A stretch of 64,000 nt of DNA from an uncultured Aliarcobacter sp. Lineage in GTDB: Bacteria; Campylobacterota; Campylobacteria; Campylobacterales; Arcobacteraceae. The notes under the pieces are model-generated. The model did no database searches and was not told where the DNA came from. It worked only from the letters and a program-made list of their open reading frames with translations. The position numbers were made by a program, and so were the translations under genes. Shown one piece after another: positions 1-10,028 of this stretch (position 1 is its first letter; each line of letters opens with the position of its first letter). The stretch covers positions 1,696,001 to 1,760,000 of the forward strand of contig OY781945.1 in assembly GCA_963677435.1 (NCBI GenBank). Direction: 5' to 3'.

Positions 1-123
1 GCAAATAATGAAAAAGTATTTAACAAAATGAGTAAAGAGTTTTTACTTCAACTTGACTCACCTTTATTTAATAAAAATGAATGGATAGAACAATGTCATG
101 GTTACATCACAGACCTACTATAA
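1..123 (+). CDS. 3' end of a CDS running in from the window edge; product unknown, possibly an amidoligase-family partner of the downstream glutamine amidotransferase
   Basis: Frame 1 is open (ANNEKVFNKMSKEFLLQLDSPLFNKNEWIEQCHGYITDLL*) to TAA at 121-123 and overlaps the next gene. The product guess rests only on gene neighbourhood. Confidence 0.5.
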   Translation, partial: ANNEKVFNKMSKEFLLQLDSPLFNKNEWIEQCHGYITDLL

Positions 124-779
124 TAGTAACAGGTCCTAAAAAAGGATTTGTTTCTAGGTTTTTTATAATCTTTTCTCTTTTTTTATGCGGAGCTCGTACT
201 AAAATAATCACTCCAAATAAACCCTATGATGATTTAGAAATGGATGGATTACTCATAAGTGGTGGAAATGATTTATATAATGCTTTTATTGAAGATAAAA
301 CTTGTAAAATAGAAGATGTGATATCTTATGAAAGAGATGTCTTGGAGTACAAACTTTTAAATAAAGCTGTGGAAAATAACCAACCAGTTTTTGGAATATG
401 TAGAGGATATCAACTAATAAATATATTTTTTGGAGGAGAACTTTACAAAGACATAAGAAGAGATGGTTATGATTATAAGTATACTCCACTGCCTTGGAAA
501 GATATAAGTATAAAAAAAGGTGGTATTTTAAGTTCTTGTTTAAAAACTTCAACTTTAAAAATAAATACTTTACACCACCAAGCTGTAAAAAAGCTCCCAG
601 AATCTTTTAAATTAGAAGCAGTTGATAAATATAATATTATTCAATCAATATCAAAAAAAGATGAAAATAATTTGATATTTGGAGTGCAATGGCATCCTGA
701 ATATCTTTTTTACAAAAAACAACATTTGAAAATTTTTAAAATATTTGTTGATGCCACAAAATCTAAGTTAAAAAATTAA
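93..779 (+). CDS. Peptidase C26 / gamma-glutamyl-GABA hydrolase-like class I glutamine amidotransferase
   Basis: Motifs DGLLISGG, GICRGYQ (nucleophile Cys), HHQAV and GVQWHPE. Start is ATG 93 or ATG 81. Confidence 0.85.
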   Translation: MSWLHHRPTIIVTGPKKGFVSRFFIIFSLFLCGARTKIITPNKPYDDLEMDGLLISGGNDLYNAFIEDKTCKIEDVISYERDVLEYKLLNKAVENNQPVFGICRGYQLINIFFGGELYKDIRRDGYDYKYTPLPWKDISIKKGGILSSCLKTSTLKINTLHHQAVKKLPESFKLEAVDKYNIIQSISKKDENNLIFGVQWHPEYLFYKKQHLKIFKIFVDATKSKLKN

Positions 780-808
780 GACAAAAAATTCGTAACCTAG
801 TCTCCACT

Positions 809-1864
809 TTAAATAACCCTAACAATCTCCGCACTAGGTTTCGCAAAATAATAGCCTTGTGCGTAATCAACTCCGATTTCTTTTACTTTTTCAAGTTCAT
901 ATGGAGTTTCTACACCTTCTGCAAGAATTTTAATATTATTATCTACACAAATTGTTCGTAATGCTTTATAGATTGACTGTTTCATAGGGTCTTTATCTAT
1001 GTTTTCGATTATATTCCTATCTACTTTGATAATATCTGGTCTAATATCTATTATCATATTTAAAGATGAATAGCCTTCTCCTACATCATCAAGAGCGATT
1101 AAAAAACCTTTATTTCTATAATAATTTAATATACTTTTTAAGTGTTCTTTATCTTTTACATCTTGAGTCTCAACTACTTCAAAAACTATATTTTTAGGGT
1201 CAAATTCAAGTTGTTTTGCCCACTTAACAGTAGAAGCCAAACAAAATTCAGGGTCATAAATTGATGTTGGTATAAAATTAATAAATACTTTTGCATCTAT
1301 TTTTTTGACAGCAGTTGTTTTTAGTGCTGTTTCTCTACACATTCTGTCAAGGGTAAAGTTCATGTCATTTCTTGCAGATTTTTTGAATAAATCATCTGGA
1401 TACATGAGTGTTCCATCAGGTAAAACACCACGAGTTAGAGTTTCATATGCAAATATTTTGTTTGTATTCATATCTATTATTGGTTGAAAATGAGCTGTTA
1501 AACTACTATTCTCAATAATATCAAAGAAGCTTCTATCTTCAATAAAATATAAATATTTATTTAGTGCTTTTGTAAATAATATACTATTCAGGGTTAATTT
1601 ATTATCTTCATTTTCTATGAAGATTTTAATCTCTTCTTTTTCTAGATCATTGAAGTTTGTGTTTAAACAATCAAAATTCTCTTCAAAAAAAGCTCTTGGA
1701 TTTTTTACATGAAAACTTATAATATTTTCATTTTTTTCAAAATCAAACCCAAGCTTTTTTATAATATTAGATGATTTACTAATTAGTTCACTAACTTGAG
1801 TAATAAAGTGTATTTTGCTGTCTTTTTCACTTATAAAAAAAATATCTTTACATTTACATGACAT
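809..1864 (-). CDS. EAL-domain c-di-GMP phosphodiesterase
   Basis: FQPI, ETLTR (EAL-type), FINF, EVVE, ALDDVGEGYSSL, IKVDR, AEGVE and QGYYF motifs. Confidence 0.9.
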   Translation of the reverse strand: MSCKCKDIFFISEKDSKIHFITQVSELISKSSNIIKKLGFDFEKNENIISFHVKNPRAFFEENFDCLNTNFNDLEKEEIKIFIENEDNKLTLNSILFTKALNKYLYFIEDRSFFDIIENSSLTAHFQPIIDMNTNKIFAYETLTRGVLPDGTLMYPDDLFKKSARNDMNFTLDRMCRETALKTTAVKKIDAKVFINFIPTSIYDPEFCLASTVKWAKQLEFDPKNIVFEVVETQDVKDKEHLKSILNYYRNKGFLIALDDVGEGYSSLNMIIDIRPDIIKVDRNIIENIDKDPMKQSIYKALRTICVDNNIKILAEGVETPYELEKVKEIGVDYAQGYYFAKPSAEIVRVI

Positions 1865-1867
1865 CTT

Positions 1868-2395
1868 TTAATCCTTTATGATTGTAATAACTAACTCACC
1901 AACTACAAAACCAAATTTTTTCATTTTAGAGTGATTTATTATAACACCATCTTCTTGTAAATGAAGCCAATCTTTTACACTAATATCAATAGTTGAGTCA
2001 TTATAAGGTATTCTCATAACATAATCTAACATTACAGTATTTCCATTTGCTATCATTGATGAGGGTCCAACTATATCATTTGCTGTTGCAATGAATTTTT
2101 TATTCTCAGTTGGTTTTAAAGTCCAAGTTCTTTCTAATTTTTCTCCATCATTATATACGAAAAATTCCTCTAATTTTCCCACGCCATTTTTATCCCAAGA
2201 ACCAATCATTGTTCCTTTGAAACTTCTAGTGATTTTCCCGTTTCTATCTTTTACAATTCCATAGGCTCTTAGTTTTCCATTAAAATAATCTTGAGGTATA
2301 AACTCTGGTTTTGTGTCGTTAAAGTCTTCTATTTTCATTCCGGTACATCCTGTTAGTAGTATTGTTGTTAAAAAAGCAAGTATTAAATTTTTCAT
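1868..2395 (-). CDS. DUF3833-family lipoprotein
   Basis: Lipobox LTGC; YFNGKLRAYG and DWLHL motifs; usual neighbour of cfa and DUF1365. Confidence 0.8.
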   Translation of the reverse strand: MKNLILAFLTTILLTGCTGMKIEDFNDTKPEFIPQDYFNGKLRAYGIVKDRNGKITRSFKGTMIGSWDKNGVGKLEEFFVYNDGEKLERTWTLKPTENKKFIATANDIVGPSSMIANGNTVMLDYVMRIPYNDSTIDISVKDWLHLQEDGVIINHSKMKKFGFVVGELVITIIKD

Positions 2396-3621
2396 GCAAT
2401 TAATCCTTTGTTTAAATCAATATTTTGATCTCTTGTAAAAACAAGTTGATGTAAATTGATATTTCTTGTTAAAAAAGCTGCCTCACAGTAGTTTAAATAC
2501 ATTTTCCACATTCTTATAAAATAATTATCAAAACCTAATTTTTTTACTTCTTCTAATTTATTTTCAAAATTCTCATGCCAAATATTAAGAGTTTTTGCAT
2601 AATCTTCTGTGAACTCTTCAAGATGATTTAGATTTAATCTTGTATGTTTTGTGGTGATTTCTAAAACTTTTGAAACACTAGGAAGATGACCACCTGGGAA
2701 TACATATTTTTGTATAAAATCAGTTCCTTTTGAGTATGCTTTATATCTTTGGTCTGGCATAGTAATTACTTGTAAAACTAAAACACCGTTTGGTTTTAGA
2801 AGTTCTTGGCACTTTTTAAAGAAGATATGAAAGTATTCCTTTCCAACTGCTTCAAACATTTCAACAGCAATTATTGCATCAAATGTACCATTTAAATCCC
2901 TATAATCTTTTAATAAAATTTCGATTTTATCTTCAACACTATGTTCTTTGAATCTATGTTCACAAAGTTTTTTTTGCTCAGTACTCAATGTAACTGTTGT
3001 AACTTTACATTTTTTATCATTGGCAAGATGCAAAGCCATAGCTCCCCAACCAGAACCGATTTCAAGGACATTTGAGCCTTCTTTCAGATTTAATTTACTT
3101 GATAATTTTTCTAATTTATTTTTTTGCGCTGTGTATAAATCTTCATCTTTATTGGAAAATACTGCACTTGAATACATCATCGTTTCATCAAGCATTAGTT
3201 TGTAAAAATCATTTGATAAATCATAATGAGCAGAGATGTTTTTTCTTGAATTTGTTTTTGAGTTTTTTCTCATAGTGTGTTTTATTTTATTAAAAATAGG
3301 CATGATATTTATAAATTTATTGTTTTTTTCATTTTCACTTGTAGTGCCTAAGTATTTTGAGTTTAAAAGTGCTAATTGTATTAATTTTGTTAAATCAGAA
3401 GTTTCAAAATCCTCATCTATATAACTCTCACAAAAACCAATATCTCCATAAAGTGCAACTCTATAAAAGAATTTACTATTTTTTATAATAAGAGTTATTT
3501 TTTCATTCTCTTTTTTTTCTCCATAAAGTTTTTTATTTCCATTTGCATATATAACTTCTAATGTACCTATTTTAATTTTTGAAAAAAAGTTATCTCCAAA
3601 TTTGTTCCATAATTTTTGCAT
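2392..3621 (-). CDS. cfa: Cyclopropane-fatty-acyl-phospholipid synthase family SAM methyltransferase
   Basis: NISAHYDLSNDFY, LEIGSGWG, EMFEAVG and FIQKYVFPGG motifs. AAGGAG RBS favours ATG 3621 over 3648. Confidence 0.9.
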   Translation of the reverse strand: MQKLWNKFGDNFFSKIKIGTLEVIYANGNKKLYGEKKENEKITLIIKNSKFFYRVALYGDIGFCESYIDEDFETSDLTKLIQLALLNSKYLGTTSENEKNNKFINIMPIFNKIKHTMRKNSKTNSRKNISAHYDLSNDFYKLMLDETMMYSSAVFSNKDEDLYTAQKNKLEKLSSKLNLKEGSNVLEIGSGWGAMALHLANDKKCKVTTVTLSTEQKKLCEHRFKEHSVEDKIEILLKDYRDLNGTFDAIIAVEMFEAVGKEYFHIFFKKCQELLKPNGVLVLQVITMPDQRYKAYSKGTDFIQKYVFPGGHLPSVSKVLEITTKHTRLNLNHLEEFTEDYAKTLNIWHENFENKLEEVKKLGFDNYFIRMWKMYLNYCEAAFLTRNINLHQLVFTRDQNIDLNKGLIA

Positions 3622-3622
3622 T

Positions 3623-4375
3623 TTAATATCTCCTTTCTTTGTCTTCAACTCTTGGGGTATAAATTTTCAAGCCTTTTAGAAATAGTTTGATAGCTTGAAA
3701 ATAAGTTCTTGTTACTACTAAAAAAGTGCTAAACATATATTTTAAAAATATATTTAAACAATTTTTTGAATTAAAATCTTTGGCTTTTGAGTTAAAAATA
3801 GCAGTTAATTTATACTCATTGTCTTCAAATAAATCTATTTTCAAAAACAGCTTGTTTTCATCATATTTTAGTTCAAATTCATATACTCCCTTTGGTTTGA
3901 AAAAAGGAGAAACATACATATCTTTTTTTACAATTCCTGTATATGAATTAGCTTTTTTTTCTAAAATAACTGGATAAATAACTCTTCCATTATTGTAGTT
4001 ATGAACTTCAGCTAAAAGATGAGTAGGCTTATTGTTTTCATCAAAAAGCACCAAAGCACTTATGGGATTAAACACAAAGTTTAAAACTCTAGGTAGGGTA
4101 ATAAATCTCATATTTGCAGTTTTTTTAATATTTAATTTTTTTAATAACTCATCAACATTTTGTAAAAAATCATTAGATTTTCCAAAATGGTCTTTTGTTT
4201 TAAAACTTAGAAAGTTTAATCTATTTATTGAAAAAAAACTATTTTTTAGATTTTCAAAATCATTTAAATCAATATCTAATAAATAAAAATCATATTTAAA
4301 ATCATGAATTTTTGGAAGAAATCTTTTATGGTAGATTGTTCCCTCATAAAATCTATGATTTATTAAGTTTTTCAT
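3623..4375 (-). CDS. DUF1365-family protein
   Basis: HKRFLP, FNPIS, AEVHN and KDMYVSPF motifs; ATGA overlap with the upstream gene. Confidence 0.85.
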   Translation of the reverse strand: MKNLINHRFYEGTIYHKRFLPKIHDFKYDFYLLDIDLNDFENLKNSFFSINRLNFLSFKTKDHFGKSNDFLQNVDELLKKLNIKKTANMRFITLPRVLNFVFNPISALVLFDENNKPTHLLAEVHNYNNGRVIYPVILEKKANSYTGIVKKDMYVSPFFKPKGVYEFELKYDENKLFLKIDLFEDNEYKLTAIFNSKAKDFNSKNCLNIFLKYMFSTFLVVTRTYFQAIKLFLKGLKIYTPRVEDKERRY

Positions 4376-5610
4376 AAACGGCATCCTAAGAGTTTTCCAA
4401 CTTCATTTGCACTTAAAAGTCCATCTTCATGGAAGCCATATCTCCAATATGCTCCCGCATAGTAAGTATTGTTTTGTCCACTTATCTCTTTTTTTCTTTT
4501 TTGCATTTCTATGGCTCTTAGATTAAATTGTGGATGTTCATAAGAGATTTTTTCAATTACATTATTTAGATTTTGAGTTTCATTTAGTGATACAAAATAG
4601 TCTTTTTTTGTTTTTAGATTTTGTAGAGTATTTATCCAATATGTAAGCGTTACAGCATTGTTTTTTGTGTTTGTGTTTGTATAATTCCATGCTGCATACA
4701 TTTTTTTACTTGGATATAAAATATTGTTATCATTGTGTAAAACAGCACTATTTTCTTTATATTTAAAAGCACTTAATATCTCTATTTCTTTTTGTGTTGC
4801 ATCTTCTAAAATTTCTAAAGCTTCAGGTGCGTGCATTGCAAGAACTACTTTGTCATAAAAAGTTTTTTCACCATTTTCATGGATTAAATAAACACCTTCT
4901 TTTTCTCTTCTTATTTTTATTACATCTGAATCTAAAAAGATTTTCCCAGATATTTTTTCTTTTATTTTATTTACATAATTTACACTTCCATTAGAGACAG
5001 TAAGCCATTGATGGTGTGAGTCCACTCCTAAAAGTCCATGATTTTTAAAAAAAGTTAAAAATGTTCTTGCAGGAAACTCATTCATTTCATCACTTGGAGT
5101 CGACCAAATAGCAGCGCCCATAGGAAGAATGTATCTTTGTTTAAATGCATTTGAATATTTTTTTATATATTCTCCCAAAGATTTATCCAAATCTTTACTA
5201 TTGTAATATAAATCATTAGTTGCTTTTTCATTAAAAGATAAAATATCTTTTATCATTTTATAGTGAGATATTGAAAATAGATTTCTTTTTTGGGCAAACA
5301 TTCCTTTAATTGACGAACCATTGTAAGCAATATTTTTATTTTTATCCCAAAAAGCAAAACTCATATCTGAGTTTTCAATTTTTACATCAAGTTGTTTAAA
5401 TAGTTTTGTTAAAAGTGGATAGGTTGGTTCATTAAAAACTAAAAAACCAGTATCAACACCAAATAGTTTTCCTTCATCTTGAATTTGGGTAGTTCTTGCA
5501 TGACCGCCTAATCGAGAATCTTTTTCATAAACATCAACTTCATATTTTGAGCTTAAAATATAGGCACTTCCAAGACCACTAATTCCTGCACCTAAAACTG
5601 CTATTTTCAT
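4372..5610 (-). CDS. FAD-dependent oxidoreductase (amine oxidase-like, cfa-associated)
   Basis: GAGISGL, RLGGH, VDTGFLVFN and GFHEDG motifs. Confidence 0.88.
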   Translation of the reverse strand: MKIAVLGAGISGLGSAYILSSKYEVDVYEKDSRLGGHARTTQIQDEGKLFGVDTGFLVFNEPTYPLLTKLFKQLDVKIENSDMSFAFWDKNKNIAYNGSSIKGMFAQKRNLFSISHYKMIKDILSFNEKATNDLYYNSKDLDKSLGEYIKKYSNAFKQRYILPMGAAIWSTPSDEMNEFPARTFLTFFKNHGLLGVDSHHQWLTVSNGSVNYVNKIKEKISGKIFLDSDVIKIRREKEGVYLIHENGEKTFYDKVVLAMHAPEALEILEDATQKEIEILSAFKYKENSAVLHNDNNILYPSKKMYAAWNYTNTNTKNNAVTLTYWINTLQNLKTKKDYFVSLNETQNLNNVIEKISYEHPQFNLRAIEMQKRKKEISGQNNTYYAGAYWRYGFHEDGLLSANEVGKLLGCRL

Positions 5611-6119
5611 TTGTATCTTCCTTTTGGGTCAAGTTCTGTAAATACTAATTTAGAAGTATCCATCTTGTTTTTTAAATTATTTAATATTTTTTCTAATTCT
5701 TCTTTTTGTATATTTGGAGTTCTGCTCATAATCCAAAGATTTGAATAATCATCATTTGTCACAACTGCAACTTTATAATCATTTAGATAGCTAACTTCAT
5801 ATTCACTTGTAAAAATATAAAAATATCTCATTTGAAGTTTTATATTTTGATTTTCTTCAATCTTTTTTGCACTTCCTGAATATTCAATGAGTTTTCCATT
5901 CAACGATGAATCAAAACATCTATTAAATACTTGATATGTGTTGTCTTCTTGTAGCTCATATTCAACACTTGATGCAACACATGAAGTTTGAAAAGAGTTT
6001 TCAATTCTTGCTATTTCATACCAAAGACCTGAAAATTTTTTCATGTCAAAATCATTTTTAAAAGAGTTATTGGCATAAATAGTTGAAAACAAAAAAAATA
6101 TCAAATATAAATACTTCAT
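5607..6119 (-). CDS. Lipocalin (Blc-like)
   Basis: Signal peptide; GLWYEIAR and LWIMSRTP lipocalin motifs. Confidence 0.88.
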   Translation of the reverse strand: MKYLYLIFFLFSTIYANNSFKNDFDMKKFSGLWYEIARIENSFQTSCVASSVEYELQEDNTYQVFNRCFDSSLNGKLIEYSGSAKKIEENQNIKLQMRYFYIFTSEYEVSYLNDYKVAVVTNDDYSNLWIMSRTPNIQKEELEKILNNLKNKMDTSKLVFTELDPKGRYK

Positions 6120-6179
6120 AAACCAATCCTTTATTATTTATGGTAATTTATTATAAAAACATAGATGTTTGTAGTTAAA

Positions 6180-7436
6180 TTATGTTAGTTCATATTTTGA
6201 TAACAAAATAATAGATATTAATTTTAATAAAATTGGAACAACTGAATATAAAACAATAAGTGCAATTAAAGAAATTTCATTCACATTTTGTGTATCAAAA
6301 CTTGTAAATTCCAAAGTTATAAATGAAATAGCAACAGCAAGTGCAAGTGAGAATTTTGTAATCATTGCCCAAAAGCCAAATAAAATACCAGAAATATCAT
6401 TATTAGTTTTTTTACTTTGTTGTGCAACATCAGCTTGAATAGAAGAAGGAAGAGCCATATCTGCACCCAAACTCATGCCAGTTACAATACAGATAATCAA
6501 AAAATATAAAAAATCTTTTTCTTGTAAAAATGGCACAAAAACAAAGGCACAACAAGCTGTAATCATAGATAAAATCCATGTGGATTTTTTTGATATTTTT
6601 ATTGAAAGTTTAATCCAAAGAGGAAAAGTAACAATTGCACTTATAAAATAAACAATCAAAAAGAGACCGGTTTTTTCTTCTAAATCTAAAACATATTTTA
6701 CATAAAATAAAAAAAGAGTAGCAGGAAGTGCATTTGCAAGATTATTAATTAAAAATGAAAAAAATAATTTTTTATGGTGTGGGAAATTTTTAAAAAATAT
6801 ATTTATAGATTTTAAGAATTTTTTTTCTTGAATTGTACTTTCTTTCTTTTCAAAATGTTTTAATTTTAAATAAAAAATTATTGAAAAAATAGGAAAAATT
6901 ATTAAACATGTATAAAGTAAAAGTTCTAAACTTTTTTTAGAATCATCTGCAACCATAAAAATATAAGGAAAAAGTAAAGAGATTAAAACTCCAAAAACAA
7001 TAAATAATTCTCTTGAAAAGGCTAGTTTTGTATTATTAATAGTGTTATGGCTTATTTGTGAGTTTAAAGTAAGATAAGGAATCATTACAAAACTGTAAGA
7101 AATATAAGTAATTATTGAAAAGCAAAATAACCATAAAGAGTTAAAATAAATGGGTTTAATAAGAAAAAACAAACCAAATAAAACAAAAAATGTTGATATT
7201 ATTATGATGTTAAATTTATTATGTTTATCTGTAAAATTACCAATAAATGGATCTAAAATCATATCTAATAGTCGTGCAACTAATAAAATAATTCCAACAG
7301 TTCCAACACTTAAGTTTACATATTCTACATAAAAAGTTGGTAAATAAATATATAAAGGAAAACCCAAAAAAGCAATAGGAACTCCTAATATACCATATAG
7401 GAAAATCTCATTGCTTTTTAGGATATTATTATTCAT
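6180..7436 (-). CDS. MFS transporter (GPH / MFS_2-like)
   Basis: About 12 hydrophobic segments; RLLDMILDPFIG motif. Confidence 0.85.
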   Translation of the reverse strand: MNNNILKSNEIFLYGILGVPIAFLGFPLYIYLPTFYVEYVNLSVGTVGIILLVARLLDMILDPFIGNFTDKHNKFNIIIISTFFVLFGLFFLIKPIYFNSLWLFCFSIITYISYSFVMIPYLTLNSQISHNTINNTKLAFSRELFIVFGVLISLLFPYIFMVADDSKKSLELLLYTCLIIFPIFSIIFYLKLKHFEKKESTIQEKKFLKSINIFFKNFPHHKKLFFSFLINNLANALPATLFLFYVKYVLDLEEKTGLFLIVYFISAIVTFPLWIKLSIKISKKSTWILSMITACCAFVFVPFLQEKDFLYFLIICIVTGMSLGADMALPSSIQADVAQQSKKTNNDISGILFGFWAMITKFSLALAVAISFITLEFTSFDTQNVNEISLIALIVLYSVVPILLKLISIILLSKYELT

Positions 7437-7479
7437 ATTAATCTAGTTATCATATATTTCACATATTTTTTAACCATAA

Positions 7480-8238
7480 TCATTTTAAAAACTTTTTAGT
7501 TATAGAAAAACTCAATTTATAAGGCACAAGTGATATAAATCGTAAAAATTTTGACAAAATAAAAGGAAACGAAATCTCAAACTTATATGGTTTATTTAAT
7601 TGCTCAAATATTTTTTTAGCTGCAATATTTGGCGACATTAGTTGAGGCATGTCAAAATCATTTTTTGCAGTCAATCTTGTTTTTACAAAACCATGATTTA
7701 CTATTTGAACATAAATGTTTTTTCTTAATAACTCAGGTTGTATTGACTGTGCAAGATTTACTAAAGCGGCTTTTGATGCACTATAGGCTCCCCCATAAGG
7801 TAATCCAAAATAGCTTGATAAACTTGCATTTAATATAATTCTTGATTCTTTTTTTTGTTTTTCTAAATAATTAACAAGTGGTTTTAAAACTCTAACGGCA
7901 CCTAAGTAATTTGTATTTATCATTGATTCAAAATTTGAAATATTCCATTGATCTATGCTCATTGATTCATAAACACCTGCATTAAAAAAGCAAATATCTA
8001 AATCATCAAAAATAAGAAATGCCTCATCCACACTTTTAGAAACATTTTCATTACTTGAAACATCAATATTTAATAACTCTAGCTTGTTTGAATTAGTTGA
8101 TTTTAGTTGTAATAGCTCTTTAGAGTTTTTAGCATTTCTTGAACTTGCTATTACTTTATAATTATTTTGCAAACAAAGTTTAACTAACTCTAAACCAATT
8201 CCACTGCTAGAACCAATAATCCAAATTTTTGTTTCCAT
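7480..8238 (-). CDS. Short-chain dehydrogenase/reductase
   Basis: GSSSGIG, NAG and YSASK motifs. Confidence 0.9.
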   Translation of the reverse strand: METKIWIIGSSSGIGLELVKLCLQNNYKVIASSRNAKNSKELLQLKSTNSNKLELLNIDVSSNENVSKSVDEAFLIFDDLDICFFNAGVYESMSIDQWNISNFESMINTNYLGAVRVLKPLVNYLEKQKKESRIILNASLSSYFGLPYGGAYSASKAALVNLAQSIQPELLRKNIYVQIVNHGFVKTRLTAKNDFDMPQLMSPNIAAKKIFEQLNKPYKFEISFPFILSKFLRFISLVPYKLSFSITKKFLK

Positions 8239-8437
8239 GATAAAACCTTTGTATTTGTAAGCTAGTATTTACTAACTCAAAATTATTATATGGCAATAAA
8301 AAGATTTTTTGTATGTAATATTTGTAGTTTAATAAAAAATAATTTTTAAAAGATCTACATAAATATATATCAACATAAGAAATAAAATGATAAAATCTAT
8401 CAAATAAAAATTAAAATAATTGCAATAAAGGTTGAGA

Positions 8438-9937
8438 ATGAATAATCTCGCAGAAATCGAAAAATGGCTTAAAGATCATGCTATAAATAATTATCTGATT
8501 TCAGAAGATTTTTCCATAACAGTTCAAGGGAATGTAAATTTAAATCAAAAATTATCTGTAAAAAAACTGCCAGTTAAATTTAAAGTAGTAGATGGTTTTT
8601 TTGATATAAGTAATAATGGACTAACTGCACTTGATGGTTGTCCTAAAACAGTAACAGGTGGTTTCTTCTGTTCTAAAAATAATTTAACTTCTTTATTTGA
8701 AGGACCATCAGAAGTTGGTGATTTTGATTGCTCATTTAATCAGTTAAAAAATTTATCTTATGCTCCAAAAGAAGTAAAAGGAAATTTTGACTGCTCTAAC
8801 AATGAAATTAATTCTATCAAAGGAATGCCAAGAACTATAAAAGGATTTTTCAAATGTTCAAACAATAAAATAGTTACACTAAAGGGTGGACCTAAATATA
8901 TTGATGCTGAATTTGATTGTTCTGATAATCTAATTGAAAGATTAATTGGAGGGCCTGTTTCTGTAGGAACGAACTATATTTGTATTAGAAATAATTTAAC
9001 AGATTTAGATGGAGTAGCTGATGAAATAGGATATGATTTAATTACAGATATTAGATTAAATCATGTGACAAGTACTTTTAACGAAGAAGAAAAAACATGG
9101 AGATATAAAGGTAGTGAAGTTGTTTCTCATATTTATAAGCCAATAGTTGCACTAACAAATATTGATGATATAAGTAGATGGCTTAGAAAACATGAAATAA
9201 GAAATTTTACTATTTTAAAAGATAATTCAGTAAATGTGCATGGAGATGTAAAATTAGCTGATAAATTAGCAAACTTACTAAAACTACCATTAAATTTTAA
9301 TATAGTTGAGGGTGATTTTGATATTGGAGATAATGAATTAACTTCACTTGAGGGAAGTCCTAAAAAAGTTACTGGAAGTTTCATGGCACACAAAAATGAG
9401 ATATTTTCATTAAAAGGTGGACCCAAAGAGGTTGGAGGAAGTTTTGTAATTTTACATAATAATATTACATCATTAGAGTTTTCACCATCTTTAGTAAAAG
9501 AAGATTTTATTTGTTCTCATAATCCATTAAAAGAATTAGATGGAATTAATACTGTACTTGGATATATTTTTACAGGTGTTCCAATTCCTAATATTAAATG
9601 TCAAAAATATATTTATAAAGGTGTTACAACATATAAATATCCAGCTGATTTGGTTATGAAATATTTAGAAAAACAATATATTTCATTTACAGATGAAGAA
9701 AAAGCTTTTGAAGAGACAAGAAAAAATCTTGAGAATGTAATATCAAAAATGATTGAACAATCAACATTATCAAAAGAGATGATAAATGATAATTTAATTA
9801 AAAATTTAACTAAATATAGATTAGATGAGTTAAAAGAAAAAGTATTAATTATTAAATATCCTCCTGAAGATGATACAAGAATGAGACATTTAACAGAAGA
9901 TGAAATCATGAGACTTGCATTTGAAAAAGAGATTTAA
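8438..9937 (+). CDS. Hypothetical protein with two modules of 22-aa LRR-like repeats
   Basis: Repeats of the form FxCSxNxLxSLxGxPxxVxG. AAGG RBS before ATG 8438 (track start is TTG 8432). Confidence 0.75.
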   Translation: MNNLAEIEKWLKDHAINNYLISEDFSITVQGNVNLNQKLSVKKLPVKFKVVDGFFDISNNGLTALDGCPKTVTGGFFCSKNNLTSLFEGPSEVGDFDCSFNQLKNLSYAPKEVKGNFDCSNNEINSIKGMPRTIKGFFKCSNNKIVTLKGGPKYIDAEFDCSDNLIERLIGGPVSVGTNYICIRNNLTDLDGVADEIGYDLITDIRLNHVTSTFNEEEKTWRYKGSEVVSHIYKPIVALTNIDDISRWLRKHEIRNFTILKDNSVNVHGDVKLADKLANLLKLPLNFNIVEGDFDIGDNELTSLEGSPKKVTGSFMAHKNEIFSLKGGPKEVGGSFVILHNNITSLEFSPSLVKEDFICSHNPLKELDGINTVLGYIFTGVPIPNIKCQKYIYKGVTTYKYPADLVMKYLEKQYISFTDEEKAFEETRKNLENVISKMIEQSTLSKEMINDNLIKNLTKYRLDELKEKVLIIKYPPEDDTRMRHLTEDEIMRLAFEKEI

Positions 9938-10028
9938 GAGCTTAAATTAAGTCTTAAATAGATTTTTTAGGATATAATCGCGAATTCAATACAATTAAGT
10001 AAATAAAATAAATGGAGAGAATTATAAT

